Shown one piece after another: positions 47,762 to 57,544 of a stretch of DNA of 64,000 nucleotides (its first letter is position 1; each line of letters opens with the position of its first letter). A program made the position numbers and the translations under genes. The stretch spans positions 11,473 through 75,472 of the forward strand of contig JAHLMO010000001.1 in the NCBI GenBank assembly GCA_018920305.1. The letters are read 5' to 3'. The notes beneath the pieces were generated by a model that had not been told where the DNA came from, ran no database searches, and saw nothing but the letters and a program-made list of their open reading frames with translations. Source of the DNA: Candidatus Aenigmatarchaeota archaeon (GTDB taxonomy: Archaea > Aenigmatarchaeota > Aenigmatarchaeia > CG10238-14 > SpSt-28).

Positions 47762-48898
47762 ATGCTTTGGGTTTTTAAATATAGGCCAAAAAGCTTGAAC
47801 GAATTTGTAAATCAAAAAGAAGCAATACAAAAATTTATACAATGGTATAAAAATTGGAAAAATATTAAAAAAGCTGCTTTATTATTTGGTCCGCCTGGAA
47901 CTGGAAAGAGTTGTTTTGTTGAAGCTTTTGCTAGAGATAATAATTTAGAACTAATACAATTAAATGCTAGCGACAAAAGAGATTATAACTCTATTAGAAA
48001 TATTATTGGAAATGCGGCAAAAACTTTAAGTATTTCTAAAAAAGGAAAAATGTTTTTTATAGATGAGGTTGATGGAATTTCTGCTAGAGAAGACACTGGT
48101 GCAGTAAAAGAAATTATTAGAATTATTCAAGAATCAAAATTTCCAATAGTTTTAGCAGCTAATGATCCGTTTGATCCAAAATTAAAGGAATTAAGAGAAA
48201 ATTGCGAATTAATAGAATTTAAAAGATTAAGTGTTTTTGATATTGAAAAAAAGCTTATTGAAATATTAGAAAAAGAGGGAATAAAGTATGATAGAAGTAT
48301 TGTAAGAGAAATTGCAAGTAGAAACAATGGAGATTTAAGAGGGGCTATAAATGATTTAGAAATTGTTGCTAGAAATAAAAAAGAAATAAAAAGAGAAGAT
48401 CTAGAAATATTAGGATTTAGAGATAGAGAACAACAAATATTCGAAGCACTAAAAATTCTTTTTAAAACGAAAAGTGCTATGGCTGCAAAATTGAGTATTG
48501 TTAATTTAGATATGGAACCTGATGAAATATTTTATTGGATTGAGGAAAACATTGCAAACGAATATGAAAAAATAGAAGAAATTGCACGCGCATACGAATG
48601 TTTAAGCAAAGCGGATTTATTTAGAAAAAGAATATTATCTAGACAAAATTGGAGATATTTAGTTTATATGAATGATTTAATGGCAATTGGAGTCGCATTA
48701 TCTAAAAAAGAAATGTATAGAAAATTTACAAAATATAGACCACCAAGTATTTTGAAACTACTAGCACAAACAAAACAGATAAGAGAACAGGAAAAGATAA
48801 AGTTGAAAGAATTTACCGAAAAATTACACTGTTCAACAAAAAAGATTAAAACAGAGTTTATGCCATATTTATCAAAAATTTTTGAAGGAAAAAAATAA
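47762..48898 (+). CDS. rfcL: Replication factor C large subunit
   Basis: Walker A is ALLFGPPGTGKS and Walker B is FFIDEVDG. The sensor region and the clamp-loader AAA+ lid are present. It is the second RFC paralog in the window. Confidence 0.8.
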   Translation: MLWVFKYRPKSLNEFVNQKEAIQKFIQWYKNWKNIKKAALLFGPPGTGKSCFVEAFARDNNLELIQLNASDKRDYNSIRNIIGNAAKTLSISKKGKMFFIDEVDGISAREDTGAVKEIIRIIQESKFPIVLAANDPFDPKLKELRENCELIEFKRLSVFDIEKKLIEILEKEGIKYDRSIVREIASRNNGDLRGAINDLEIVARNKKEIKREDLEILGFRDREQQIFEALKILFKTKSAMAAKLSIVNLDMEPDEIFYWIEENIANEYEKIEEIARAYECLSKADLFRKRILSRQNWRYLVYMNDLMAIGVALSKKEMYRKFTKYRPPSILKLLAQTKQIREQEKIKLKEFTEKLHCSTKKIKTEFMPYLSKIFEGKK

Positions 48899-48902
48899 TT
48901 TT

Positions 48903-51900
48903 ATGAGAAGAAAAGAAATTTTTTTAACTTTTTTATTTTTTACGATATTTATATATAGTTTATCGTTGTCTTTTTCTCAATCCTGGCTTTCTGATTGGCA
49001 ATATAGAATTCCAATAACAATAACAGAAAGAAGTGGAAATACTTTAACAGATTACCAAGTTTTAGTAGTAATTAATACACAAAATTTAATTTCTCAAGGA
49101 AAAATGAGAAGTGATTGTGGAGATATTAGATTTACCGATAGTGATGGAAGAACTTTACTAAATTATTGGATTGAAAGTGGATGTAATACGAATAATACAA
49201 GAATTTGGGTTAAAGTTCCAAATATTCCCGCTAGATCAAATAAAACAATTTATTTGTACTATGGAAATCCAAATGCTACAAGTTTAAGTAATATTTCTTC
49301 AGTATTTATTTGGACACAAAGAGAAATATTTCCAAACATTCCTAATTCAACATGGGGATCTGGATCATCTAATCCAGAAGATACATTCAACACGTACTAT
49401 CATGATGCAAGAAATGAAATATTAATTAGAGCTTCTGATTTTGGAAGAGATATAGCTCCAGTAAACATAACTGCATTAAGAATTTATGTAGTTCAACAGC
49501 CAGGAAGAGATTTAGATAATTATAGAGTAAGATATCAATTAACTACTAGAAATCAACTTACAAACAACTTTACAACTACTGGATGGATTTTAGTTTTTGG
49601 ACCTACTAATTTAGGAAGACCATCAGCAGGATCTGTAGTTACTTTAAATTTAAATCCACAAATAATTTGGACGAATCATTCTTTAAATTTATTGTTAGAT
49701 TTATCCAGAGATACAAATTCATATGTTGCTGGAGGGGGAATGTATAGAAAACTTGTAAATATTCCTAATACAATGTGTACTTTTTGGAGTGATTCTGGCA
49801 GAGTTTGGCCTTTTGATGGTACTTGTAATTTAAGAAACTATGTGCCAAGCATAATATTTGTCGGATGGTTTAGAAAATATATTTCTCCAGAACCAACAAT
49901 TTCTTTAGGAAATGAAGAATATCAAAGAAATCTAAATCCAATATGGATAAGATATGCATCTAATACTTCTTACGCTATAATTAATCAGCCTATACTATTC
50001 TCAAGTCTGTGGAATGCATCCCAAATTCAATCTAATTTATCTTTATCGCACTATATTTTTTCATATAAAATAGGAGATTCGCAATGGATCAATGAAACCT
50101 ACAGATTTAGTTCTGCTCCTCAAAATTGGCTTTCTGATTGGCAATATAGAATTCCAATAACAATAACAGAAAGAAGTGGAAATACTTTAACAGATTACCA
50201 AGTTTTAGTAGTAATTAATACACGAAACCTAATTTCTCAAGGCAAAATGAGAAATGATTGTGGAGATATAAGATTTACCGATAGTGATGGAAGAACTTTA
50301 TTAAATTATTGGATTGAAAGAGGATGTAATTCTGCTAATACAAGAATTTGGGTTAAAGTACCGAATATTCCTGCTAATTCAAATAAAACAATTTATTTGT
50401 ATTATGGAAATCCCAGTGCTACAAGTTTGAGCAATATTTCTAGAGTATTTGTTTGGGCCGAAAGAGAAATATTTCCAAACATTCCTAATTCAACATGGGG
50501 ATCTGGATCATCTAATCCAGAAGATACATTCAACACGTACTATCATGATGCAAGAAATGAAATATTAATTAGAGCTTCTGATTTCGGAAGAGATATAGCT
50601 CCAGTAAACATAACTGCATTAAGAATTTATGTAGTTCAACAGCCAGGAAGAGATTTAGATAATTATAGAGTAAGATATCAATTAACTACTAGAAATCAAC
50701 TTACAAACAACTTTACAACTTCCGGCTGGATTTTAGTTTTTGGACCTACTAATTTAGGAAGACCATCAGCAGGATCTGTAGTTACTTTAAATTTAAATCC
50801 ACAAATAATTTGGACAAATCATTCTTTAAATTTATTGTTAGATTTATCTAGAGATACATTTTCATGGGTTTCTGGAGGGGGAATGTATAGAAAACTTGTA
50901 AATATTCCTAATACAATGTGTACTTTTTGGAGTGATTCTGGCAGAGTTTGGCCTTTTGATGGTACTTGTAATTTAAGAAACTATGTGCCAAGCATAATAT
51001 TTGTCGGATGGTTTAGAAAATATATTTCTCCAGAACCAACAATTTCTTTAGGAAATGAAGAAACAAATTTACCTTTTACGGCATGGGCAAATGTTACAAA
51101 AAGCTTTTCTCAAGCTGGAAATTTATGTTGGAGATTTTATGTAAATAATTCTCTTGGTCTGTGGAACTCAACGCCGATAGATTGTAGTATTAATATAATT
51201 CCTCCCGAATTTTCACTAGAAGTTAAATTAGTCCAACCAAATGAAAATTCTATAAATAATCTAACTGTTGGAGAATCTTTAAATATAAGAGCTCATGTAA
51301 AATTGAAATCTCAATACAATTTCTGTATAGATGTAAATGCATATTTAAGATATAATGCTTCATCAAGCATGCCAGATTCTTTCGTTCCAACTTCCGCTAA
51401 TTCAATAATGTCAAATGTTAATCCTATATCTTTTAATTTATGTACAAATCAAGAAATTCCAATAAATTTTACAATATATGCAAATAAACCAAGTTTTAAA
51501 GTTTTAGATGTAAATTTTTGTGCTCTAAATATCTGCAACGATACATCAGACTTTTATGTTAATATCTCTATAGTTGCAACGAGAGACTTTAAATTAAGGA
51601 AAGGTTGGAACTTAATTTCGATACCACATAAGTTTATATATTTTGATTTAAGTAATGATGATTGTAATATAAGGGAAAAAATATTTCATCATTATAATGC
51701 ATCCTCAAATTCTTGGACATATTTTACTTATGATAAATTACTTCCAGGTATTTCATATTGGGTTTATAGCGAAAAGGATTGTACCTCTAAAATTGCAGTA
51801 AGTGGAACAGTTAATTTAAGCGATTTGCCAAAAGCTATAAAAGGAAGAAAAAATTTTATTGGTTCTTTAACTTCTTTAACAAACTTAAATCAAGTTGCAC

Positions 51901-52013
51901 AATATATTGGATGTAATAATCCTATACTTAGATATTGGGATACTTCTACTAACTCTTTTAGACAATCTACAATTTTAGAACCTTGGAAAGGTTATATACT
52001 CGAATGTAGTTAA
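48903..52013 (+). CDS. Large secreted/surface protein of about 1040 aa with two near-identical tandem beta-sandwich repeats (DUF2341-like WxYRxPITI...IWVKVP...IYLYYGN motif)
   Basis: The N-terminal signal peptide is MRRKEIFLTFLFFTIFIYSLSLSFS. There are many N-x-S/T sequons and Cys pairs. Two repeat units of about 312 aa are roughly 95% identical. The track ORF starts at 48882 and overlaps the rfcL end, so the Met at 48903 was preferred. Confidence 0.75.
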   Translation: MRRKEIFLTFLFFTIFIYSLSLSFSQSWLSDWQYRIPITITERSGNTLTDYQVLVVINTQNLISQGKMRSDCGDIRFTDSDGRTLLNYWIESGCNTNNTRIWVKVPNIPARSNKTIYLYYGNPNATSLSNISSVFIWTQREIFPNIPNSTWGSGSSNPEDTFNTYYHDARNEILIRASDFGRDIAPVNITALRIYVVQQPGRDLDNYRVRYQLTTRNQLTNNFTTTGWILVFGPTNLGRPSAGSVVTLNLNPQIIWTNHSLNLLLDLSRDTNSYVAGGGMYRKLVNIPNTMCTFWSDSGRVWPFDGTCNLRNYVPSIIFVGWFRKYISPEPTISLGNEEYQRNLNPIWIRYASNTSYAIINQPILFSSLWNASQIQSNLSLSHYIFSYKIGDSQWINETYRFSSAPQNWLSDWQYRIPITITERSGNTLTDYQVLVVINTRNLISQGKMRNDCGDIRFTDSDGRTLLNYWIERGCNSANTRIWVKVPNIPANSNKTIYLYYGNPSATSLSNISRVFVWAEREIFPNIPNSTWGSGSSNPEDTFNTYYHDARNEILIRASDFGRDIAPVNITALRIYVVQQPGRDLDNYRVRYQLTTRNQLTNNFTTSGWILVFGPTNLGRPSAGSVVTLNLNPQIIWTNHSLNLLLDLSRDTFSWVSGGGMYRKLVNIPNTMCTFWSDSGRVWPFDGTCNLRNYVPSIIFVGWFRKYISPEPTISLGNEETNLPFTAWANVTKSFSQAGNLCWRFYVNNSLGLWNSTPIDCSINIIPPEFSLEVKLVQPNENSINNLTVGESLNIRAHVKLKSQYNFCIDVNAYLRYNASSSMPDSFVPTSANSIMSNVNPISFNLCTNQEIPINFTIYANKPSFKVLDVNFCALNICNDTSDFYVNISIVATRDFKLRKGWNLISIPHKFIYFDLSNDDCNIREKIFHHYNASSNSWTYFTYDKLLPGISYWVYSEKDCTSKIAVSGTVNLSDLPKAIKGRKNFIGSLTSLTNLNQVAQYIGCNNPILRYWDTSTNSFRQSTILEPWKGYILECS
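48984..49920 (+). repeat. Tandem intragenic direct repeat, unit 1 (about 937 nt)
   Basis: It is nearly identical at the nucleotide level to 50127-51063, with an offset of 1143 nt. The second half of the unit is essentially 100% identical. Confidence 0.85.
50127..51063 (+). repeat. Tandem intragenic direct repeat, unit 2 (about 937 nt)
   Basis: It is the copy of 48984-49920. The two units are separated by a spacer of about 206 nt that has diverged from the corresponding sequence after unit 2. Confidence 0.85.
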
Positions 52014-52015
52014 AA

Positions 52016-52426
52016 TTAGCTAGGTTTCCAGCTAAATACAATTATTTCTTTGTAAAAAACCTTACCATCACTAAATATTAATTCAACTTCGCTTGTAGTT
52101 GGTAACTCTGTTGGTTGAAAAGGATATTGACAAGGAGAAACTCTAACATTTAAAGAAACATAATATCCAAAATCTTCTAATTTTTCTAACATTTTTGTAA
52201 ATTCTTCAATATTATATTTGAATTCATCGCAGTCTTTAGATAAATTAACGATTTCTAAAAATTTTTCTTTTATATTTTTAATTAATAATGCATATTCTGG
52301 TAAATAATATGAAGGATTTATAAAAAAAACACTGCTAATATTAAAATACAAAGTTATTAAAATACCTACAATTAGTATTGCTGCTAATGTCATAAATTGA
52401 GCTTTATAATATTTGTAAAATGGCAT
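52016..52426 (-). CDS. Hypothetical membrane-anchored protein of 136 aa
   Basis: It has an N-terminal TM helix (MTLAAILIVGILITLYF) and no family signature. It is convergent with the large surface protein, ending 3 nt from it. Confidence 0.4.
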   Translation of the reverse strand: MPFYKYYKAQFMTLAAILIVGILITLYFNISSVFFINPSYYLPEYALLIKNIKEKFLEIVNLSKDCDEFKYNIEEFTKMLEKLEDFGYYVSLNVRVSPCQYPFQPTELPTTSEVELIFSDGKVFYKEIIVFSWKPS

Positions 52427-52703
52427 GTTTCTGATTATCTATAATTAAAATATTTTTTTCATTAATTAATCCAATTTTTATTAGCAAATCTACTGAATTT
52501 TTTCCAAAAGCGTTTATTATATCAAATCTCTCTTTTTTAATTAAATTTATTAATTCGTTTTCGTTAACTAACTTCTCAAAATAAAAATTTTTCGAAACCT
52601 TTATCTTTAAATCATTAAAAAAATATTCTTTTTCTAAAACTTCCTCATCGCAAATAGCTAAAATTTTAAAACCAAATTTTTCGTGTATTTTTATACAAAA
52701 CAT
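52404..52703 (-). CDS. Hypothetical protein of 99 aa
   Basis: An ORF lying in an operon between aIF2-beta and the membrane protein. Confidence 0.35.
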   Translation of the reverse strand: MFCIKIHEKFGFKILAICDEEVLEKEYFFNDLKIKVSKNFYFEKLVNENELINLIKKERFDIINAFGKNSVDLLIKIGLINEKNILIIDNQKHAILQIL

Positions 52704-53108
52704 CTAATATCTTAGAATCTTTTTATTACCACATGCTTCACACTTTAAATATCTTATTTTATTTTCCTCTATTATAATTGTTTCTGGTTTATTGCATACA
52801 TCACAAATAACAAAATTCTTTATATACTCTTCTAACTTTTTTCTTAAAATTTCTTTATTAACTAATCCATTTAAAACTAATATATCATTTTCAAATCTTG
52901 CAGGAATTCCAACTATTCTAGAGAAGTCTCCCTTAAAATCTTCTTCTTTTCTTTTTATTTTAAAGAGTATTTCCTTAATATTTAAAACATAAGTTTTGTT
53001 TTTTTCGTATTTAACTTCAATTTCTGGAATTGCATATCTATCGCTAGAAATAAAAACATCGGGAAGTTTCTTCAGAGCTTCTTCTAACATTTCTTCATAA
53101 CTCTTCAT
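52704..53108 (-). CDS. eif2b: Translation initiation factor 2 beta subunit (aIF2-beta)
   Basis: The eIF2-beta core sits at the N-terminus. The C-terminal zinc ribbon is VICDVCNKPETIII...YLKCEACGN. The length is 134 aa. Confidence 0.8.
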   Translation of the reverse strand: MKSYEEMLEEALKKLPDVFISSDRYAIPEIEVKYEKNKTYVLNIKEILFKIKRKEEDFKGDFSRIVGIPARFENDILVLNGLVNKEILRKKLEEYIKNFVICDVCNKPETIIIEENKIRYLKCEACGNKKILRY

Positions 53109-53812
53109 TTTATAGCTTTATACTTTCCTGGAGCAATTTCATATATTTTTCCTTGATTCATTAGACTATCTATAGCCTTAATAACTTTTTCTTTATCTAA
53201 GTTAATAAATGATAAAATTTCTGAAATAGAAATCCCATCTTGAAATTTTTCTATTATTTCATAAATTTTTTCATCAACTTTTTCAATCATTTTTAGTTTA
53301 AGTACTTCATTTATTTGAATTTCGTCTAATTCAAATCTTCTTTTTGCTTCTTGAATTAATTCATTATAACTTAAAATTTCCGATAATTTTAGAATTTCAT
53401 TAACTTTTAATGAATTTTGTTTTATTCTTTTTATTATCTTAAGTTTAAAAAAACTTTCAAAAGAAAAATCAACTTTCTTAATAAACTCTGCTCTTAAATA
53501 TCTATAAGTTGTTTCTCTAATTTTTCCAAAGACAAAAATTATGTCGCCAATATCAACTTTAAAACTTTCGTTAACTAATTTTCCAAAACATTTTATGATA
53601 ATGTCATCTGTATCATCGCATACATTTAATCTTGCATACGTCATTTCGTTATTTACGTATTTATCAACTAAAGTTCCAACAATTCCTGCTCTAATAACCT
53701 TTTCCCCTAATTTAGTAACTATAAATGATGGTAATTTTTCCTCTTTGTTTCCCTCAAAATATGAAGAATTTTTTATTTCTATTATCCTTAGTGGTACTAT
53801 AGGATATCTCAT
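53105..53812 (-). CDS. RPA32-like OB-fold ssDNA-binding protein with a C-terminal winged helix
   Basis: The OB-fold region is IRAGIVGTLVDKYVNNEMTYARLNVCDDTDDIIIKCFGK...IGDIIFVFGKI. The C-terminal wH is GISISEILSFINLDKEKVIKAIDSLMNQGKIYE. Confidence 0.45.
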   Translation of the reverse strand: MRYPIVPLRIIEIKNSSYFEGNKEEKLPSFIVTKLGEKVIRAGIVGTLVDKYVNNEMTYARLNVCDDTDDIIIKCFGKLVNESFKVDIGDIIFVFGKIRETTYRYLRAEFIKKVDFSFESFFKLKIIKRIKQNSLKVNEILKLSEILSYNELIQEAKRRFELDEIQINEVLKLKMIEKVDEKIYEIIEKFQDGISISEILSFINLDKEKVIKAIDSLMNQGKIYEIAPGKYKAIK

Positions 53813-53855
53813 AAATTTGAAAGAAAATAAAAAATAAATATGTGCAAATATATGG

Positions 53856-53928
53856 GGGGAGGTAGTTTAGCTTGGGAGAATGCAGGCCTTGGGAGCCTGT
53901 GACCTGGGTTCAAATCCCGGCCTCCCCA
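53856..53928 (+). tRNA. tRNA-Pro(TGG), intron-less
   Basis: The acceptor is GGGGAGG/CCTCCCC. The anticodon stem CAGGC/GCCTG carries the loop CTTGGGA (anticodon TGG). The T-arm is CTGGG-TTCAAAT-CCCGG and the discriminator is A. Confidence 0.9.
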
Positions 53929-53954
53929 ATATTTTTGTTTAGAAGATATTATTT

Positions 53955-55283
53955 ATGAAAGAACTATTGGCAAATTTGGGTTTTTTATTGCAACTATCTG
54001 GATTTTTCATTTTTATTGTCGCAATAATTTCGATTTATCTAGATGAAATAAGAGAAGCTATATCTTTTTTTCTTACGGCATCTTTGTTCTTTATACTTGG
54101 GTTTCCTTTAAATGCTTTATCTGAAAGAAAAGAGATTAATTTTAGAGAGGGTTTGATTTTATTTTTTCTAACTTTTTTATTTTTAGGATTAATTGGTTCT
54201 ATACCTTATATATATTTAGATTTGTTTGAAAAAGAAGATTTAGCTTCAAAAATAATAAACTCAATTTTTGAAAGTGTTTCTGGATTTACAACTACTGGAA
54301 TTTCTCTTTTGGATAGCTCTAGTTTATCAACCTCTATGAAAATTTATAGAGCTTTTACTCAATTTATTGGTGGTATAGGAATAGTTTATTTATTATTAAC
54401 TTTTCTATATTCTTCGAATTATAAAGTTTCTAGAGTTTTTAATAAATTGTTGGGTTTTGATATTAAATCAGAAATAAAAAAGAATGTGCTCGAAATTTTA
54501 GTAGTTTTTAGTTTGATTACTATATCTTTATCTCTTCTAATGTATTATTTTAACGAAGACATAATAAAATCTTTTTGTTTAGTAATGAGTGGTATTTCAA
54601 CAGGTGGATTTTCTCATTATGATTTAAAAAGTTTAATAATAGAAGAAAAGATAATATTGATAGTTTCGATGATATTTGGCTCAATTTCTTTACTTATTTT
54701 ATCTAAATTCAAAAAAGAAATTATTCCATATATCGTATTTATTTTGATTTTGTTCTTAATCCTAAGTTTTAATGATATAGATGTTATAGACTCTCTATTT
54801 CACTCTGTATCTTTAATTTCTACAACAGGATATTCTTATATTGATTATAATACTTTTTCTCCTACTATACTTTTTATTTTTTCTATTTTAATGTTAATTG
54901 GAGGAATGGCAATTTCTACCTCTGGAGGAATAAAAATAATAAGAATTATAAATAGTATAAAATATATAGCAAAATTTATAAAAGGTTTTATAAAAGAAGA
55001 AAAAATAGAAGTTAAAGATGAGAAAGTTATTTCGTTATCATACCTATTTTGTTATCTTTTTATTTGGATAATAGTCAGTATAATTTTTTCTTTTTATACG
55101 AATAGCTTGGAAAAATCTTTATTCGATGCTGCATCAATTCTTTCAACAGGGGGATTTTCAAGCGGATTAATAAATTCAGACTTAGCTTTGGAACTTAAAA
55201 TTTTAATAATTTTTTTAATGATATTAGGAAGAATCGAGATAATACCTATATTCGCTATCTTTATATTTAGTAAAAATAAGTAA
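53955..55283 (+). CDS. trkH: TrkH/KtrB-family cation (K+) transporter
   Basis: Repeated M1PM2 selectivity-filter-like glycine motifs are present (SVSGFTTTGISLL, SGISTGGFS, SLISTTGYS, SILSTGGFSSG). There are about 10-12 TM segments. Confidence 0.8.
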   Translation: MKELLANLGFLLQLSGFFIFIVAIISIYLDEIREAISFFLTASLFFILGFPLNALSERKEINFREGLILFFLTFLFLGLIGSIPYIYLDLFEKEDLASKIINSIFESVSGFTTTGISLLDSSSLSTSMKIYRAFTQFIGGIGIVYLLLTFLYSSNYKVSRVFNKLLGFDIKSEIKKNVLEILVVFSLITISLSLLMYYFNEDIIKSFCLVMSGISTGGFSHYDLKSLIIEEKIILIVSMIFGSISLLILSKFKKEIIPYIVFILILFLILSFNDIDVIDSLFHSVSLISTTGYSYIDYNTFSPTILFIFSILMLIGGMAISTSGGIKIIRIINSIKYIAKFIKGFIKEEKIEVKDEKVISLSYLFCYLFIWIIVSIIFSFYTNSLEKSLFDAASILSTGGFSSGLINSDLALELKILIIFLMILGRIEIIPIFAIFIFSKNK

Positions 55284-55295
55284 TTTAAATTTTTT

Positions 55296-56732
55296 ATGAG
55301 TAAAGAGTTAGGAATTAAAGCGAAAAAAGAAAATTTAAGCGAATGGTATGAAGAAGTTGTTTTGAAAACTCAGTTAGCAGATTATTCCCCAGTTAAAGGT
55401 TGTATAATTTACTTACCCTATAGTTATGCAATTTGGAACTTAATTAAAGAGGAATTTACAAAAATTATAAAAGACGAAGTAAGCGAAGTTTATTTTCCGT
55501 TATTTATTCCAAAAAAAATTTTGGAAAAAGAAGCTAAACATTTCGAAGGATTTAGTCCAGAGGTTGCATGGGTTACTAGAGGTGGAGATAGCGATTTAGA
55601 TGAATGGCTAGCAGTTAGACCAACAAGTGAAACAATAATATATTCTTATATTTCCAAATTGATTAAAAGCTATAGAGATTTGCCACTAAGAATTATTCAA
55701 TGGTGTAATGTTGTAAGATGGGAAACAAAAGCAACTAAACCATTTTTAAGAGGGAGAGAATTTCTATGGCATGAGGGACATACTTTTCACGCAACTTTTG
55801 AAGAAGCTGAAGAGGAAATGAAAAAAAGAATTTATCAATATAAAGATTTTGTTGAAAGATATTTGGCAATACCCGTAATAGCTGGATATAAAAGCGAATA
55901 TGAAAAATTTGCTGGTGCACATACAACAACAACTATAGAAACTTTATTGCCAGATTTCAAAGCATTACAATGCGGTACATCACATAATTTAGCTGATAAT
56001 TTTTCAAAAGTGTTTGAAATATATTTTCAAGATAAAGATGGAAAAAATAAATTAGTATTTCAAACCTCTTGGGGATTTTCAACTAGATTAATAGGTGCGT
56101 TAGTAATGATTCACGGAGATGATAAAGGTTTAATTTTGCCACCAAAAATTGCTCCTTATCAAATTGTAATTGTGCCCATTTACTATAACGAAGAAGAAAA
56201 GAATTTAATATTTCAAAAAGTTAAAGAAATTGAAAATAAGTTAAAACAAAAATATAGGGTTATTTCCGACCTAAGAGAAGAATATACACCTGGATATAAA
56301 TTTAATGAATGGGAGATGAAAGGAGTTCCAATAAGAATAGAAATAGGAATGAATGAACTTAAAAATAAAACTTTAGTTATTCATAGAAGAGATGAAATGA
56401 AAAAAGAAATAATTAAAGAAGAAGAATTAGAAAGTAAGATTAATACTCTTATCGAAGAAATTCAATCAAACTTATTTAATAAAGCTAAAAAGTTTTTAGA
56501 CGAACATATATATGTTGCAAACAATTTCGAAGAATTTAAAGAAAAAATTGATAAAGGTTTTGTAATAGCTAATCATTGCGGTGATCAAGATTGCGAAGAA
56601 AAAATTAAAGAATTAACGAAAGCAACATGTAGAGTAATAGAATTTGATAATAATAAACCTTTTGGAGATGAAAAATGTGTACTTTGTGGAAAAAAAGCTA
56701 AATATAAAGCCTATTTTGCGAGAGCATACTAA
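55296..56732 (+). CDS. proS: Prolyl-tRNA synthetase, archaeal/eukaryotic type
   Basis: The class II motifs include motif 2 (FLRGREFLWHEGHTFHAT) and motif 3 region GALVMIHGDDKGL. The archaeal-type C-terminal zinc-binding domain ends ...CVLCGKKAKYKAYFARAY. Confidence 0.9.
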   Translation: MSKELGIKAKKENLSEWYEEVVLKTQLADYSPVKGCIIYLPYSYAIWNLIKEEFTKIIKDEVSEVYFPLFIPKKILEKEAKHFEGFSPEVAWVTRGGDSDLDEWLAVRPTSETIIYSYISKLIKSYRDLPLRIIQWCNVVRWETKATKPFLRGREFLWHEGHTFHATFEEAEEEMKKRIYQYKDFVERYLAIPVIAGYKSEYEKFAGAHTTTTIETLLPDFKALQCGTSHNLADNFSKVFEIYFQDKDGKNKLVFQTSWGFSTRLIGALVMIHGDDKGLILPPKIAPYQIVIVPIYYNEEEKNLIFQKVKEIENKLKQKYRVISDLREEYTPGYKFNEWEMKGVPIRIEIGMNELKNKTLVIHRRDEMKKEIIKEEELESKINTLIEEIQSNLFNKAKKFLDEHIYVANNFEEFKEKIDKGFVIANHCGDQDCEEKIKELTKATCRVIEFDNNKPFGDEKCVLCGKKAKYKAYFARAY

Positions 56733-56747
56733 AAATAAAAAATAAAA

Positions 56748-57515
56748 TTAAATTAGCCAAGAAAACCAGCTTCTTACTCTTTTTAGATACGTTGTAAATG
56801 GTACTTTATAATCTTCTCCAGCTAAATAAGCAGCTAATTTCATAAATTCTATTGCTGCTTTGCTGTAATCATTAATTTCTAAATATGTTTTACCCAAAGC
56901 TAATGCTTTTTCAAAATCTGCATCAAAAGGTATTGCAGCAATTACTGGCAAATTAGTTAATTCTTCTATTTCTCCAATAGTCAATTCATGTACTCTTCCT
57001 GTAACTTTATTGACTACAACACCAAGTGGTCTTAATCCTAATTTTTCTGCTACTTCATTTATTTTAATTACATCTGTCACTGCAGCTATGTTTGGATTGG
57101 TAACATATAATATTTCTTTCGAAGCTTTCATAGCACTTACAGCTTCTCTTCCGATTCCAGGTGCACTATCTATTAATACAAAATCGCTATAAGGAATTTC
57201 TTTTATTACTTTTTCTAACTTTGCGATATCTACATTTTGTAATTCGTTCACATCTAAAGAGCTTGGAATTATCTTTAAACCACTATCGTGAAAATATATT
57301 GCATCTATTACTGTTTTTGTTTCTTCTCTCAATACATGATTTAAAGTTGTTGGATTATAAAACATTCCAAAATTCATTGCTAAATGTGGAGTAGTTATAT
57401 TAGCATCTATTATAGTAACGCTTTTTCCTAACTTAGTCAAAGCTAAACCAAGATTTGATGTTACTGTTGTTTTACCTACACCGCCTTTTCCACTAGCTAC
57501 TGTTATTATTCTCAT
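56748..57515 (-). CDS. minD: MinD/ParA-family P-loop ATPase
   Basis: The deviant Walker A is ITVASGKGGVGKTT. The MinD-like switch regions are present, and the length is 255 aa. Confidence 0.85.
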   Translation of the reverse strand: MRIITVASGKGGVGKTTVTSNLGLALTKLGKSVTIIDANITTPHLAMNFGMFYNPTTLNHVLREETKTVIDAIYFHDSGLKIIPSSLDVNELQNVDIAKLEKVIKEIPYSDFVLIDSAPGIGREAVSAMKASKEILYVTNPNIAAVTDVIKINEVAEKLGLRPLGVVVNKVTGRVHELTIGEIEELTNLPVIAAIPFDADFEKALALGKTYLEINDYSKAAIEFMKLAAYLAGEDYKVPFTTYLKRVRSWFSWLI

Positions 57516-57544
57516 AAATATTTATTATATTCTAATTATTTATA

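Noticed and set aside
57010-57394. Plus-strand ORFs of 60 and 77 aa inside minD, and a 62-aa ORF (58697-58885) inside the wHTH gene
   Set aside because: They are antisense to motif-bearing genes. The 62-aa one was briefly considered as a precursor peptide for the PqqD-like protein, but it is a purely hydrophobic shadow translation.
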